Below the pieces are notes generated by a model. It saw only the letters and a list, made by a program, of their open reading frames with translations. It was not told where the DNA came from and made no database searches. Of a stretch of DNA of 59,344 nucleotides, positions 19,799-29,129 are shown in pieces (positions within the stretch are counted from its first letter, which is position 1; each line of letters starts with the position of its first letter). The position numbers were made by a program, and so were the translations under genes. The stretch is from positions 1 through 59,344 of the forward strand of contig CAKPAB010000002.1 of assembly GCA_934132805.1 (NCBI GenBank). Direction: 5' to 3'. The stretch comes from an uncultured Clostridia bacterium (GTDB lineage: Bacteria; Bacillota; Clostridia; TANB77; CAG-508).

Positions 19799-21340
19799 AT
19801 GAGGACAGAGCAATCAATCAAAAATTCTATTTCAGCAATAATTGTAAATGTATTTACAATGTTAATAGGATTTATTGCACAAGCAATTTTTATACGTTTA
19901 TTAGGAGCAGAGTATCTAGGATTAAATGGATTATTTAGCAACATTGTATCAATGTTAGCAATTGCTGAACTAGGAATTGGAAATGCAATTATTTTTAATT
20001 TATATAAACCGTTAGCAAATAAAAATATTGAGAAAATAAAGTCATTAATGGAATTTTACAAAAAAGCATATAGAATTATTTTTTTGATTGTTTTGATCCT
20101 AGGAATACTTATTTTACCTTTTCTAAAATACATTGTTGGAAATGTAACAATATCTATAAACATATATATAATTTATGCATTGTTTTTAGGAAGTTCATTG
20201 GCATCGTATGTATTAACATATAAGAGATCAATATTATATGCTGATCAAAAGAAATATATTATTAACTATATACATATATTATATTTAGTGTTTTTAAATA
20301 TAGCTCAATTATTGATTTTATACTTAACAAATAATTATTACTTATATTTAGTACTAAAAATTATATTTCAAGTACTAGAAAATATTTTGATAAACATTTA
20401 TGTTGATCGACATTATAAATTTATAAATGAAAAAAACATTAAAAAAATAGATAAAGAGACAGAAAAAAATATTTTTATTAGAATAAAAGGGCTGGTTTTT
20501 CATAAGATTGGAGCTTTTCTAGTATGGGGAACAGATAATATACTAATATCTACTTTTTTTGGTGTGATACAAGTTGGAATATATTCAAATTATAATATGA
20601 TATTAAATGCTATGAATAATTTGATGTATCAATTTATATCTGCTAATACCGCAAGTATTGGAAACCTACTAATAGAAAATGATAAAAAGAAAAATTATTT
20701 GATCTTCGAAAAGATAAATTTTTTGAATTTTTGGTTGGTCACATTTTCTGCAACTGCATTTTTAACTATTGTACAATCATTTATAACAGTATGGGTGGGA
20801 GAAGAATACTTATTAAATATTTTTATAGTAATAATATTAACTTTAAATTACTATCAAAAAATGATGAGATCAGCTTATGATACATTTAAAGAAAGTGCTG
20901 GAATATGGTATGAAGATAAAAATATACCAATTATAGAATCACTCATAAACATTATTGCTTCGATAGTATTATTAAAAATAATAGGAATAGCAGGAATTTT
21001 TTTAGGAACAATTATTAGTGGATTAGTAATATGGTTTTATAGTTATCCTAAATTTGTATATAGCAAAATTTTTGATAGAAGCTATAAAAGTTTTTTTTAT
21101 GATAATTTAAGATATTTTATTATATTTATCATAATAACTACAGTTTCATTTTTTATATCATTATTGATAAAAAATTCAAATATATTTATAAATTTAATAT
21201 ATAATGCAATTATAGGTATATTTTTACCAAATATACTATTGTTTTGTGTTTACCACAAAACAGACAAATATAAATATTTTAAAGAAATACTAAAAAAATT
21301 ATTTAAAAAAATATTAGGAGTTTTGAAAAATGAAAAGTAG
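19799..21340 (+). CDS. Polysaccharide flippase (Wzx, MOP superfamily)
   Basis: A 513-aa polytopic membrane protein with a Wzx-like N-terminus (SAIIVNVFTMLIGFIAQAIFIRLLGAEYLGLNGLF). Confidence 0.8.
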   Translation: MRTEQSIKNSISAIIVNVFTMLIGFIAQAIFIRLLGAEYLGLNGLFSNIVSMLAIAELGIGNAIIFNLYKPLANKNIEKIKSLMEFYKKAYRIIFLIVLILGILILPFLKYIVGNVTISINIYIIYALFLGSSLASYVLTYKRSILYADQKKYIINYIHILYLVFLNIAQLLILYLTNNYYLYLVLKIIFQVLENILINIYVDRHYKFINEKNIKKIDKETEKNIFIRIKGLVFHKIGAFLVWGTDNILISTFFGVIQVGIYSNYNMILNAMNNLMYQFISANTASIGNLLIENDKKKNYLIFEKINFLNFWLVTFSATAFLTIVQSFITVWVGEEYLLNIFIVIILTLNYYQKMMRSAYDTFKESAGIWYEDKNIPIIESLINIIASIVLLKIIGIAGIFLGTIISGLVIWFYSYPKFVYSKIFDRSYKSFFYDNLRYFIIFIIITTVSFFISLLIKNSNIFINLIYNAIIGIFLPNILLFCVYHKTDKYKYFKEILKKLFKKILGVLKNEK

Positions 21341-22404
21341 AAATTCAAGAATTGAATTCTTAAGGTTAATAGCAATGTTTATGATTGTTTTAAGCCATTT
21401 TTGTATTCATCGGAAATAGATCAGATGAATTATTAAATAATATTATTTTAGACATTGGATATGTTGGAAATATAGGAGTTACTATATTTTCATTAATAAC
21501 AGGATACTTTATGATTAATAGTAAATATAGTAAAAAAAATATACTAAAAATAATATTTAGTACAGAATTTTATTCTATTAGTATTTATATTATTTATATA
21601 GCTATAACTAAAAAAATTGCATTAAAAGAATGCATGCATAATTTCTTTCCAATAATTTTTAATCAATATTGGTTTATAACATATTATTGCATTTTGTTTT
21701 TTATAATTCCATATATAAATATGTTATTGAAAAATTTAAAAAAACAAGAATTAGAAGTAGGTATAATAATGTTTGGAGTTATTTTATATATAATTCCTAC
21801 TATTACAAATAACTTTTATGGATTAAGCAAATTGATATATTTAATTTATGGGTATATGTTGGGTGGATACGTAAGTCTTTATAAAAAAAAGAATATTTTT
21901 AATAAGTATATAAGTAAAAAAATATTTCTTTATGTTAGTATTTTAGAGATAACTTATATTATTATTCTTAATATTATAGCGACAAGAAATACAAAACTTC
22001 AATATTTTACAACATATTTAGGAGGAATTAGTAAAGTTACAACTATAATACTAGCATTAGAAATCTTTTGTATGTGCATAAATAAAAGTTTAAAAACAAA
22101 TAAGTATATAAATTACATAGCAAAACATACATTGGCAGTTTATATTATAACAGATAACGTATTCATTAGAGAATTATTATGGAGACATATATTTTATGAA
22201 AGAAATTTTAATAATATTTTCTTTTTTATAATTTATATATTAATAAGCATAAGCCTAACGTTTACTATGGCAATAATTATAGATATAGTGAAAGAAAAAA
22301 TTGTAGATAAAACACTTCTTAAAAAATATGTCGACTTCATTGAGAAAATATTTAATAATTTAAGAAAAAATATATTGAAAATTAAGGAGAATAGTGTTGA
22401 ATAA
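21330..22404 (+). pseudogene. Acyltransferase family 3 (O-acetyltransferase-like) membrane protein with one +1 frame break at in-frame CGG 21411. Either a pseudogene or +1 recoded.
   Basis: The ATG at 21330 overlaps the wzx stop. The sequence reads MKSRNSRIEFLRLIAMFMIVLSHFCIH|GNRSDELLNNIILDIGYVGNIGVTIFSLITGYFMINSK..., where the second part is the frame of ORF 21511..22404. The 0 frame stops 2 codons after the CGG. Confidence 0.75.
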
Positions 22405-22741
22405 GAAAAAAATAATTATAGTTATAATACTTATATTAATCTTTAAGATAAGTATTTCATTTATTACAGCATTAAATAATAATGATATAGTCTTGTTTCA
22501 GAACGGAAAAATTATAGATTACAAAGATGAGTTTAACTTAAAGAAATATTTAAGTTATAATATTAAAGCATTTTTAGCATCTTTAAATGATAATGAAATA
22601 TTAATTGAAAGTGATAATGATGTAATATATGGTCTGACAGCTAATATAAAATACAAAATTAAAAAAAATGATACAAATAAAGAATATTACTTGGTAATAA
22701 ATGAAAAAAGATATAGCATAAATGAAGAGGAACGGAAATGA
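22394..22741 (+). CDS. Signal-anchor N-terminal segment, probably the true 5' part of the following dockerin protein (0 frame ends 2 codons after in-frame CGG 22733)
   Basis: MLNKKKIIIVIILILIFKISISF signal/TM segment. The ORF overlaps the next ORF by 20 nt in the +1 relationship. Confidence 0.55.
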   Translation: MLNKKKIIIVIILILIFKISISFITALNNNDIVLFQNGKIIDYKDEFNLKKYLSYNIKAFLASLNDNEILIESDNDVIYGLTANIKYKIKKNDTNKEYYLVINEKRYSINEEERK

Positions 22742-25700
22742 AAACTATGATTTAAAAGAAGGAATTAATGAAATAAATATATATTTATTAGAAAATGAAA
22801 AAAAAATACTAGAAAAGAATTATAAAATATTTTCAATTATACCTTATCAAAAGCAATTTAATGATGAAAATACAAATAAAGGAACAGTAGTTCATTATTT
22901 AAATGGACAATGGGAAAAGTATGAAGAAACAAGCGATTTATTAATAAATTCAGGCATCAAGAATATAAGGACAACTTTTTCATGGAATGATATAGAAGTA
23001 AAGTATGGAAATTATGATTATTCATATTATGACAAATGGATAAAAAAGCTAAATGATAATAATATAAATATAATAGCATCAATAAATAGAATAACAAACT
23101 ATTCAGGAGAGGATAAAATTATTAGCAATGAGGAAGAAGAAAAGCATTTTTTAAAGTTTTACGATAATTTAATAAGTAGATATCCTTTCATCAACGACTA
23201 TCAATTCATAAATGAACCGGATTTAAATGGATATGACAATGAAGAGAAAATAAGATGGTATGCAAAGACTTTTGATGATATTTTTATTAGAAAGAAAAAC
23301 ACTATTATAGGAGGAATTTCTAATTCAAGCAGTGCAAATATAAAAAATAAAGAATATTATGACTTATTATTTAAATATTCAAATAATATTTTTAATGTAG
23401 CAACCCATATTTATGACTACGAAAATCAAAATAAGCAAAATGAAAAATTTATAAAAACAAATGAAAATTTTAAAAATAATATTAATAGCAATGGGGGATT
23501 TGTAAATAAATATTTAACAGAATATGGAATTCATACAGCAAATGGAATTGATGATATATCGCAAGCACAAAAAATATTACAACAAACTGTATTAGGAGAT
23601 AAATATAATTATACAAAAGTTATTCAGTATAATTTTTGGTCAACGGGGAATGATAAAACATTTTCTGAAAATAATTTTGGGTTAATAACATGTGATTATA
23701 AACCGAGAGTTTCTTATTATGTTATGAAAAATTATTATGAAAATACTAATGGTGCAGAATATATTGGCCAAATAAATATAAAAGAAGGACTAGAAGCACA
23801 TGTATACGACAAAGACGGAAAGCCAAAGATAATAGTATGGTCAACTGATACAAATAGCACGTCAACAATAGATTACACCGATTTTAAAGCAAGCGACTTA
23901 TACGGAAAAGAAATAGAAAACACAAATGGCAAGTTAGAAATAACGACAGCACCAATATATTTAGACAACATATCAAATAAATACTTTTACCAAGCTATAG
24001 CAAACACAATAACAATAGGATATAATGAATTTAACGAAAAGTTTTCTAATGAAATAGAAAGAATACCTGAATTAAAAACAGAAATTGCAAATTTAAATAC
24101 ATTTGCAGAAAAACTTACAACAACAGAAAACCTAGATGAAAATATTGCAGAATTAAAAACGGAAGAACATTTTAACTTAGGAAGTACAATTATAAATGCA
24201 TATAATAATGAAAAATTAAATATTGAATATGTAAAATTAAGTTCTATGCTAGACTATCTAAATACAATAGGAAATGCATATGAAGATTTAATAACAGTAT
24301 CTGCAAAAACAAGAATTACAGACTTGTCAGACATTACTAGTAAAGTAGAAGAAACCAAAAATGTTATAGAAAATAACTCAAAAGTAGATATAGTATATCC
24401 AAATAAAATATACAAATTTTCCAAAGATTTATTAGAAGCATCTAGTTATGTGTTAAATTTAGAAGAAGAAAATGACATAAAGACAGGTTTAATAAATTCA
24501 AAAGCAATACATGCTAAATACTTAGCAGAGTGGTCAAAAGAATTTAGTGAAATATATGTAAAAGATTGGTTAAAATCTAAGACTAATGACATCAAAGAAG
24601 AAAATTATAAAATATATAATGAAAATAAAAAATTAAGTACAAGTACAAAAATAAATGAAAGATATAACGAATTGATAGATAATTTAAATGATTTGGTGAA
24701 ACAAACAAAAACAGATATACCAAATGAAACAATAAATAATATTTATGAAAAACAATTTGAGCTAATAAACATAATAGAGCATGAATATAATACAAAACAA
24801 CTAGATATAACTGAAAGTGAATATGAAACGACAATTATAGAATTTATAGAAGTTTCAGATAAATACAAAGATCTATTTAATGCATACATAACTGAAGATG
24901 ATATTCCAAATGATGAAATAAAAGATGATATAAATAAAATAATTGATATATACAATGATAATAACGACATAAATATGTCATTATGTGTAAAATTAATAAA
25001 TAATATTAAAGATATTTACAACAACAATATACAAAATCAAACAATAGCAGAAAATTATTTAAACAAAAGAAGAATCCAAAACACATGCACAATAATATCA
25101 AAAATGTTAGAAAACAAAATAAAAACAACTGCACAACAAGAATCACAATCAATAGTAATAGAATACAGCGCAAATCAAAACACATTAACAAACCAAGACG
25201 TATCTGTACAAATAAAATTATCAAGTAGCAAATGTGTTATAGAAAACAACCCAGATAATGAAAAATACACATTTGCCGAAAACGGAACAAAAAACATTGA
25301 AATAAGCATAAGAGGTTACAAATACAACTACGAAATCAAAGTAACAAACATAGACAAAAAACCGCCAGAAATAACAGGAATAGAGCCAGAAGGGCGATAC
25401 AAACAAAGCGTAAAACCGCAAATAACAGACGAAAACCTATCAGAAGTAAAACTAATAAAAGACGGACAAGAAGTAGAAAATTACCAAGCAAACACAACAA
25501 TAACCCAAGAAGGAATATATCAACTAATAGCAAAAGACAAAGCCGGAAACGAAACAACAATCAACTTCGTAATAGCATATCCAGAAGACGAAAAAATAAA
25601 AATAGAAAACAACACAATAAAAAACATCAAAGGAGAAACAAAAGTCACCGAACTAAAAGAAAAACTACAAGTATCAACAGCATACACAATAAAAAGGCAA

Positions 25701-25982
25701 AACACAGAAATAGAAGATACTGAAAATATAGCAACAGGAGACATATTAGAAACCGAAGACGGAACACAATATACACTAATAGTAAAAGGTGATATAAACA
25801 AAGATGGAAAAGTTGATGTAAAAGACCTTGTAAAAATGAGAAGATATATGTTATTAGGAAACAATTTAGATGAAAACGAAAAAATAGCAGCAGACACAAA
25901 CTTAGATGGCAAAGAAATAAGTGTTAGAGACTTAGTAAAAATGAGAATAATTCTTTTAACAAGTAACACAAATGTAACATAA
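22722..25982 (+). CDS. Large surface protein: clan GH-A-like glycoside hydrolase region, long helical/Ig-like middle part, C-terminal type I dockerin
   Basis: IRTTFSWNDIE...YYDKWIKKL...FINEPDL (NEP acid/base-like motif). The C-terminal GDINKDGKVDVKDLVKMRRYML...ADTNLDGKEISVRDLVKMRIILL is a duplicated Ca-binding dockerin segment (about 25788..25960). The ORF as tracked has no signal peptide of its own. Confidence 0.7.
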   Translation: MKRNGNENYDLKEGINEINIYLLENEKKILEKNYKIFSIIPYQKQFNDENTNKGTVVHYLNGQWEKYEETSDLLINSGIKNIRTTFSWNDIEVKYGNYDYSYYDKWIKKLNDNNINIIASINRITNYSGEDKIISNEEEEKHFLKFYDNLISRYPFINDYQFINEPDLNGYDNEEKIRWYAKTFDDIFIRKKNTIIGGISNSSSANIKNKEYYDLLFKYSNNIFNVATHIYDYENQNKQNEKFIKTNENFKNNINSNGGFVNKYLTEYGIHTANGIDDISQAQKILQQTVLGDKYNYTKVIQYNFWSTGNDKTFSENNFGLITCDYKPRVSYYVMKNYYENTNGAEYIGQINIKEGLEAHVYDKDGKPKIIVWSTDTNSTSTIDYTDFKASDLYGKEIENTNGKLEITTAPIYLDNISNKYFYQAIANTITIGYNEFNEKFSNEIERIPELKTEIANLNTFAEKLTTTENLDENIAELKTEEHFNLGSTIINAYNNEKLNIEYVKLSSMLDYLNTIGNAYEDLITVSAKTRITDLSDITSKVEETKNVIENNSKVDIVYPNKIYKFSKDLLEASSYVLNLEEENDIKTGLINSKAIHAKYLAEWSKEFSEIYVKDWLKSKTNDIKEENYKIYNENKKLSTSTKINERYNELIDNLNDLVKQTKTDIPNETINNIYEKQFELINIIEHEYNTKQLDITESEYETTIIEFIEVSDKYKDLFNAYITEDDIPNDEIKDDINKIIDIYNDNNDINMSLCVKLINNIKDIYNNNIQNQTIAENYLNKRRIQNTCTIISKMLENKIKTTAQQESQSIVIEYSANQNTLTNQDVSVQIKLSSSKCVIENNPDNEKYTFAENGTKNIEISIRGYKYNYEIKVTNIDKKPPEITGIEPEGRYKQSVKPQITDENLSEVKLIKDGQEVENYQANTTITQEGIYQLIAKDKAGNETTINFVIAYPEDEKIKIENNTIKNIKGETKVTELKEKLQVSTAYTIKRQNTEIEDTENIATGDILETEDGTQYTLIVKGDINKDGKVDVKDLVKMRRYMLLGNNLDENEKIAADTNLDGKEISVRDLVKMRIILLTSNTNVT

Positions 25983-26091
25983 ATGTAATCAAAACTTAAT
26001 ATAAACTATATTTACAACAAAAAATGAAAATGGTACAATATTAATATAATTTGCAAAAACAAATAAAAAATTGATATTGGAGAGATGAAAG

Positions 26092-26805
26092 ATGAAGAAA
26101 AATATAATTTTAAGCATATTTATGATAATAATATTATTAATAGCAAACATATCATTTGCAGAAGCAACACCAACAGCAGAAATAACAGCAACAGCGAATA
26201 AAACAACAATCGAAAGTACAGATAAAACTATAGAAGTAACAATATCATTAGGAAACATTAGTGGACTAGTAGAAACAGGAAATAACATAGTTCTAGCATA
26301 CGAAGGTACTTTAGAATATGACACAAACATGTTTGAATCTGTAACTGTACAAGGACAAAACGATTGGACAGCTATATATGAACCAACTACTAAAAAAATA
26401 ATAGGCGATACAACAACAGCCAAAGCCAATACAACAATTGCAAAATTAACATTTACTTTAAAAGACAATATAGCATCAGGAACAACTGGAACAATCAAAA
26501 TTAATAATGTAGTACTAACAGATGAAACAAATGAATTTACGTTTAATAAAACGATTACTGTTACAGCTAATGAAAAACAAGAGGAGAATAATAATACATT
26601 AGATGATAATACTGTAACAGGAAAAGATGAAAATAATATTATAGATAAAGTATCAAATAAAAATAATAATACAAGCGATCCTAGTCAAGCAAAAGGAAGT
26701 ATTCCTAAAGCAGGTATAAAAAATATTGTGATTTTAACTGCTTTGATTATTGTAATTACAGGTGCATTTAGCTTAATTAGATATAAAATGATAAAATTAA
26801 AATAA
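26092..26805 (+). CDS. Secreted cohesin-like domain protein with a C-terminal sortase-type anchor (IPKAG + TM + basic tail)
   Basis: Signal peptide MKKNIILSIFMIIILLIANISFA. A cohesin-like beta-sandwich pattern (IEVTISLGNISG...LAYEGTLEYDTNMFESVTV...IAKLTFTLKD...GTIKINNVVLTD). The C-terminus is SIPKAGIKNIVILTALIIVITGAFSLIRYKMIKLK. Confidence 0.55.
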   Translation: MKKNIILSIFMIIILLIANISFAEATPTAEITATANKTTIESTDKTIEVTISLGNISGLVETGNNIVLAYEGTLEYDTNMFESVTVQGQNDWTAIYEPTTKKIIGDTTTAKANTTIAKLTFTLKDNIASGTTGTIKINNVVLTDETNEFTFNKTITVTANEKQEENNNTLDDNTVTGKDENNIIDKVSNKNNNTSDPSQAKGSIPKAGIKNIVILTALIIVITGAFSLIRYKMIKLK

Positions 26806-26811
26806 ATATTC

Positions 26812-26843
26812 AACAACTCAAAATTAGTTTTGGGTTGTTTTTT
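26812..26843 (+). terminator. Rho-independent terminator
   Basis: Stem AACAACTCAAA / TTTGGGTTGTT (one G.U pair) followed by a T-run. Confidence 0.7.
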
Positions 26844-26924
26844 AAATTAAATTTTTTAAATGAGTTTTTGAATTAGTATACCAATAATTTTGAGTTAAGA
26901 TACATTGAATTTTATTTGAATATA

Positions 26925-26952
26925 TTGACATTTGTTAAATATATGATATAAT
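26925..26952 (+). promoter_or_regulatory. Near-consensus sigma-A promoter upstream of higB
   Basis: TTGACA (26925..26930), 16-nt spacer, extended -10 TGaTATAAT (TATAAT at 26947..26952). Confidence 0.5.
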
Positions 26953-26992
26953 AAAATTACCTTTTAGGTAATTTACAAAAAGAGGTGAAAAA

Positions 26993-27316
26993 TTGGAAAT
27001 ACAATTTGAAAATCAAAAAGTACAAAAGAGTATGAGCAATATGAAAGAACTTACTGCAAAAATAGGTTTATCAATGGCAAAAACTGTGAAGCAGAGATAT
27101 AATCAATTAGAAGCATGTGAAAATTTTGAACAATACATGAAAACTGGTTTAGGAGTACCGCATCCACTAAATGGCAACTTGAAAGAGTGTTATGCAATAA
27201 GAATAACCGGAAACTATAGATTAGTAGTTCAACCAGAGACATTAGGAAACAAAAAAATTATTATTAAAGGAGTGTTAGATTATCATGAAACCAAAAATGA
27301 ATGGATTATCCCTTGA
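26993..27316 (+). CDS. higB: Type II toxin, HigB-like (RelE/ParE superfamily, 'plasmid maintenance system killer' type)
   Basis: Motifs ...HPLNGNLKECYAIRITGNYRLVV...KGVLDYH, matching the HigB pattern (L.G....ys.ri...wRi.f......DYH). TTG start after AGAGGTGA. The ORF overlaps the antitoxin gene by 32 nt. Confidence 0.75.
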   Translation: MEIQFENQKVQKSMSNMKELTAKIGLSMAKTVKQRYNQLEACENFEQYMKTGLGVPHPLNGNLKECYAIRITGNYRLVVQPETLGNKKIIIKGVLDYHETKNEWIIP

Positions 27317-28376
27317 ATTTATAATACATCCAGGTGAAACATTAAAAGAAATACTAGAAGATAAAAATATGCTACAAGAAGAACTAGCAGAAAGAACAGG
27401 ATTTTCACCAAAACATATAAGTGAAGTTGTAAATGGGAAAAAAGGAATATCACCTAAACTAGCCAAAAGCTTAGAATATGTTTTTGGAATTCCAGCAACT
27501 TTTTGGATTAATTTACAAGGCATATATGATAAGGAGATAGTAGAATTTGAGGAAAAGAACAACATATCAAAAAATGAATTTGAAATAGCAAAAAAAATAA
27601 GGCCAGTATTAGAATATGCAGTAAAACTAAAGTTAATAGACAAGATTTCAAATGATACAGAAGGTGTATTAGTATCAAGAAATATATGTGGAGTACAAAA
27701 CTTAACTTATATGGAAAAAATATTAAGTAATCAAGTAGCATACAGAACGGCTACAAAGCAAAAAGTAAATCCATATATATTATATACATGGCAAAGAGTA
27801 TGTGAATTATTGGCAAAAAAAGAGAGTAATGCAAATTATTATAACAAAACAGTACTAATTAATAATTTAGAAAATATCAAAAAATTAATGTTTGAAGAAA
27901 ACCCAAATGAGATGATAAAAAAATTAAAAGATATTTTTAATGAATGTGGAATAACATTTGAATTAGTAAAACATTTCACAGGGGCACCAGTACAAGGATT
28001 TATAGAAAAAAAAGAAAATAGAATGATTTTATGTATGACAATAAGACAATCTTATGCAGATATTTTTTGGTTTACATTATTTCATGAAATTGGACATATT
28101 TTGAATGGTGACATAGAATATAACAAAATAGATTATTATGTGGAAAATGAAGAAAAAGAAAATGAAGCGGATGAATTTGCAAAGAATCTTTTAATTAACA
28201 AAGATGATTATAATAGTTATATCAATAAATCAGATTTTTCAAAAGAAAGTATAATCGCATTTTCAAAGAATCAAAAAGTTCAACCATATATTGTTATTGG
28301 AAGACTACAAAAAGACAAAAAAATTGAATATAATCAATATAGTGATTTAAAAGTAAGATACAAATATAAACAATGA
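27285..28376 (+). CDS. higA: HigA-type XRE helix-turn-helix antitoxin fused to an ImmA/IrrE (COG2856, M78-like) Zn-metallopeptidase domain
   Basis: The N-terminus HPGETLKEILEDKNMLQEELAERTGFSPKHISEVVNGKKGISPKLAKSLEYVFGIPATFWINLQ is a HigA HTH. The C-terminal half carries FTLFHEIGHIL (HExxH) plus the downstream EADEFA motif typical of ImmA/IrrE. Confidence 0.8.
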   Translation: MKPKMNGLSLEFIIHPGETLKEILEDKNMLQEELAERTGFSPKHISEVVNGKKGISPKLAKSLEYVFGIPATFWINLQGIYDKEIVEFEEKNNISKNEFEIAKKIRPVLEYAVKLKLIDKISNDTEGVLVSRNICGVQNLTYMEKILSNQVAYRTATKQKVNPYILYTWQRVCELLAKKESNANYYNKTVLINNLENIKKLMFEENPNEMIKKLKDIFNECGITFELVKHFTGAPVQGFIEKKENRMILCMTIRQSYADIFWFTLFHEIGHILNGDIEYNKIDYYVENEEKENEADEFAKNLLINKDDYNSYINKSDFSKESIIAFSKNQKVQPYIVIGRLQKDKKIEYNQYSDLKVRYKYKQ

Positions 28377-28604
28377 TATGATAGAAAATTTAGATGCAAA
28401 GTTTATGGGGGAATTTTGAATATTTTATTTGATTATATTGAGAAAAAAGATGAAGAAATAATAGATATTTTTGAAAAATGGATTTAGTTAGAAAAACTTA
28501 AAAAGAAAATCCAAAAATTTACAAAATTTTTTTTACAAAAACTATTGCACAAAAAAAGCTTAAATGCTATAATGATATCAGTTCAAAGAAAGGGAGGATT
28601 TTAA

Positions 28605-29129
28605 ATGAAAAAATTATTATCAGTAGCAATCATATTTGTAATGATAGCAGTACTAGTAGCAACAACTGTTAATGCAGCAACAAGTTCAACATTAGCAAAT
28701 GAACTATACACAATAGGAGCAAAATACGGAATGACATCAGCAGATAAAGTAAAAATAGAAAGATATTTAGCAGACAATGCAGTAACAGATGAACAAGCTA
28801 ACCAAGTATTAGCAAAAGCACAAGAAGCTGCAAAAATAATGGATGAAGCTGGAATAACAAATTACAGCAAATTATCAGCAGACAAAAAGAACAAATTAAA
28901 AACAATAGCTAACGAAGCAGCAAGTGTACTAGGATTAACATTAACATTCAAATCAGGAAATGTTGAAGTTTACAAAGATGGAAAGCTAATTGAAACATTA
29001 GGATCAAATAGCAATGGAAAATTAGTATACACTGGAAATAATACAAACATTATTTTAGTTGTTTCTTCAGTTGCAGTAGTAGCCCTAGCTGCCGGATTTG
29101 TAGCAAGAAAGAAAATTGCTAATGCCTAA
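28605..29129 (+). CDS. Secreted helical protein with a C-terminal membrane/sorting-like segment (LVYTG + TM + RKK)
   Basis: Signal peptide MKKLLSVAIIFVMIAVLVATTVNA. C-terminus KLVYTGNNTNIILVVSSVAVVALAAGFVARKKIANA. The ORF overlaps the sortase gene. Confidence 0.55.
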   Translation: MKKLLSVAIIFVMIAVLVATTVNAATSSTLANELYTIGAKYGMTSADKVKIERYLADNAVTDEQANQVLAKAQEAAKIMDEAGITNYSKLSADKKNKLKTIANEAASVLGLTLTFKSGNVEVYKDGKLIETLGSNSNGKLVYTGNNTNIILVVSSVAVVALAAGFVARKKIANA

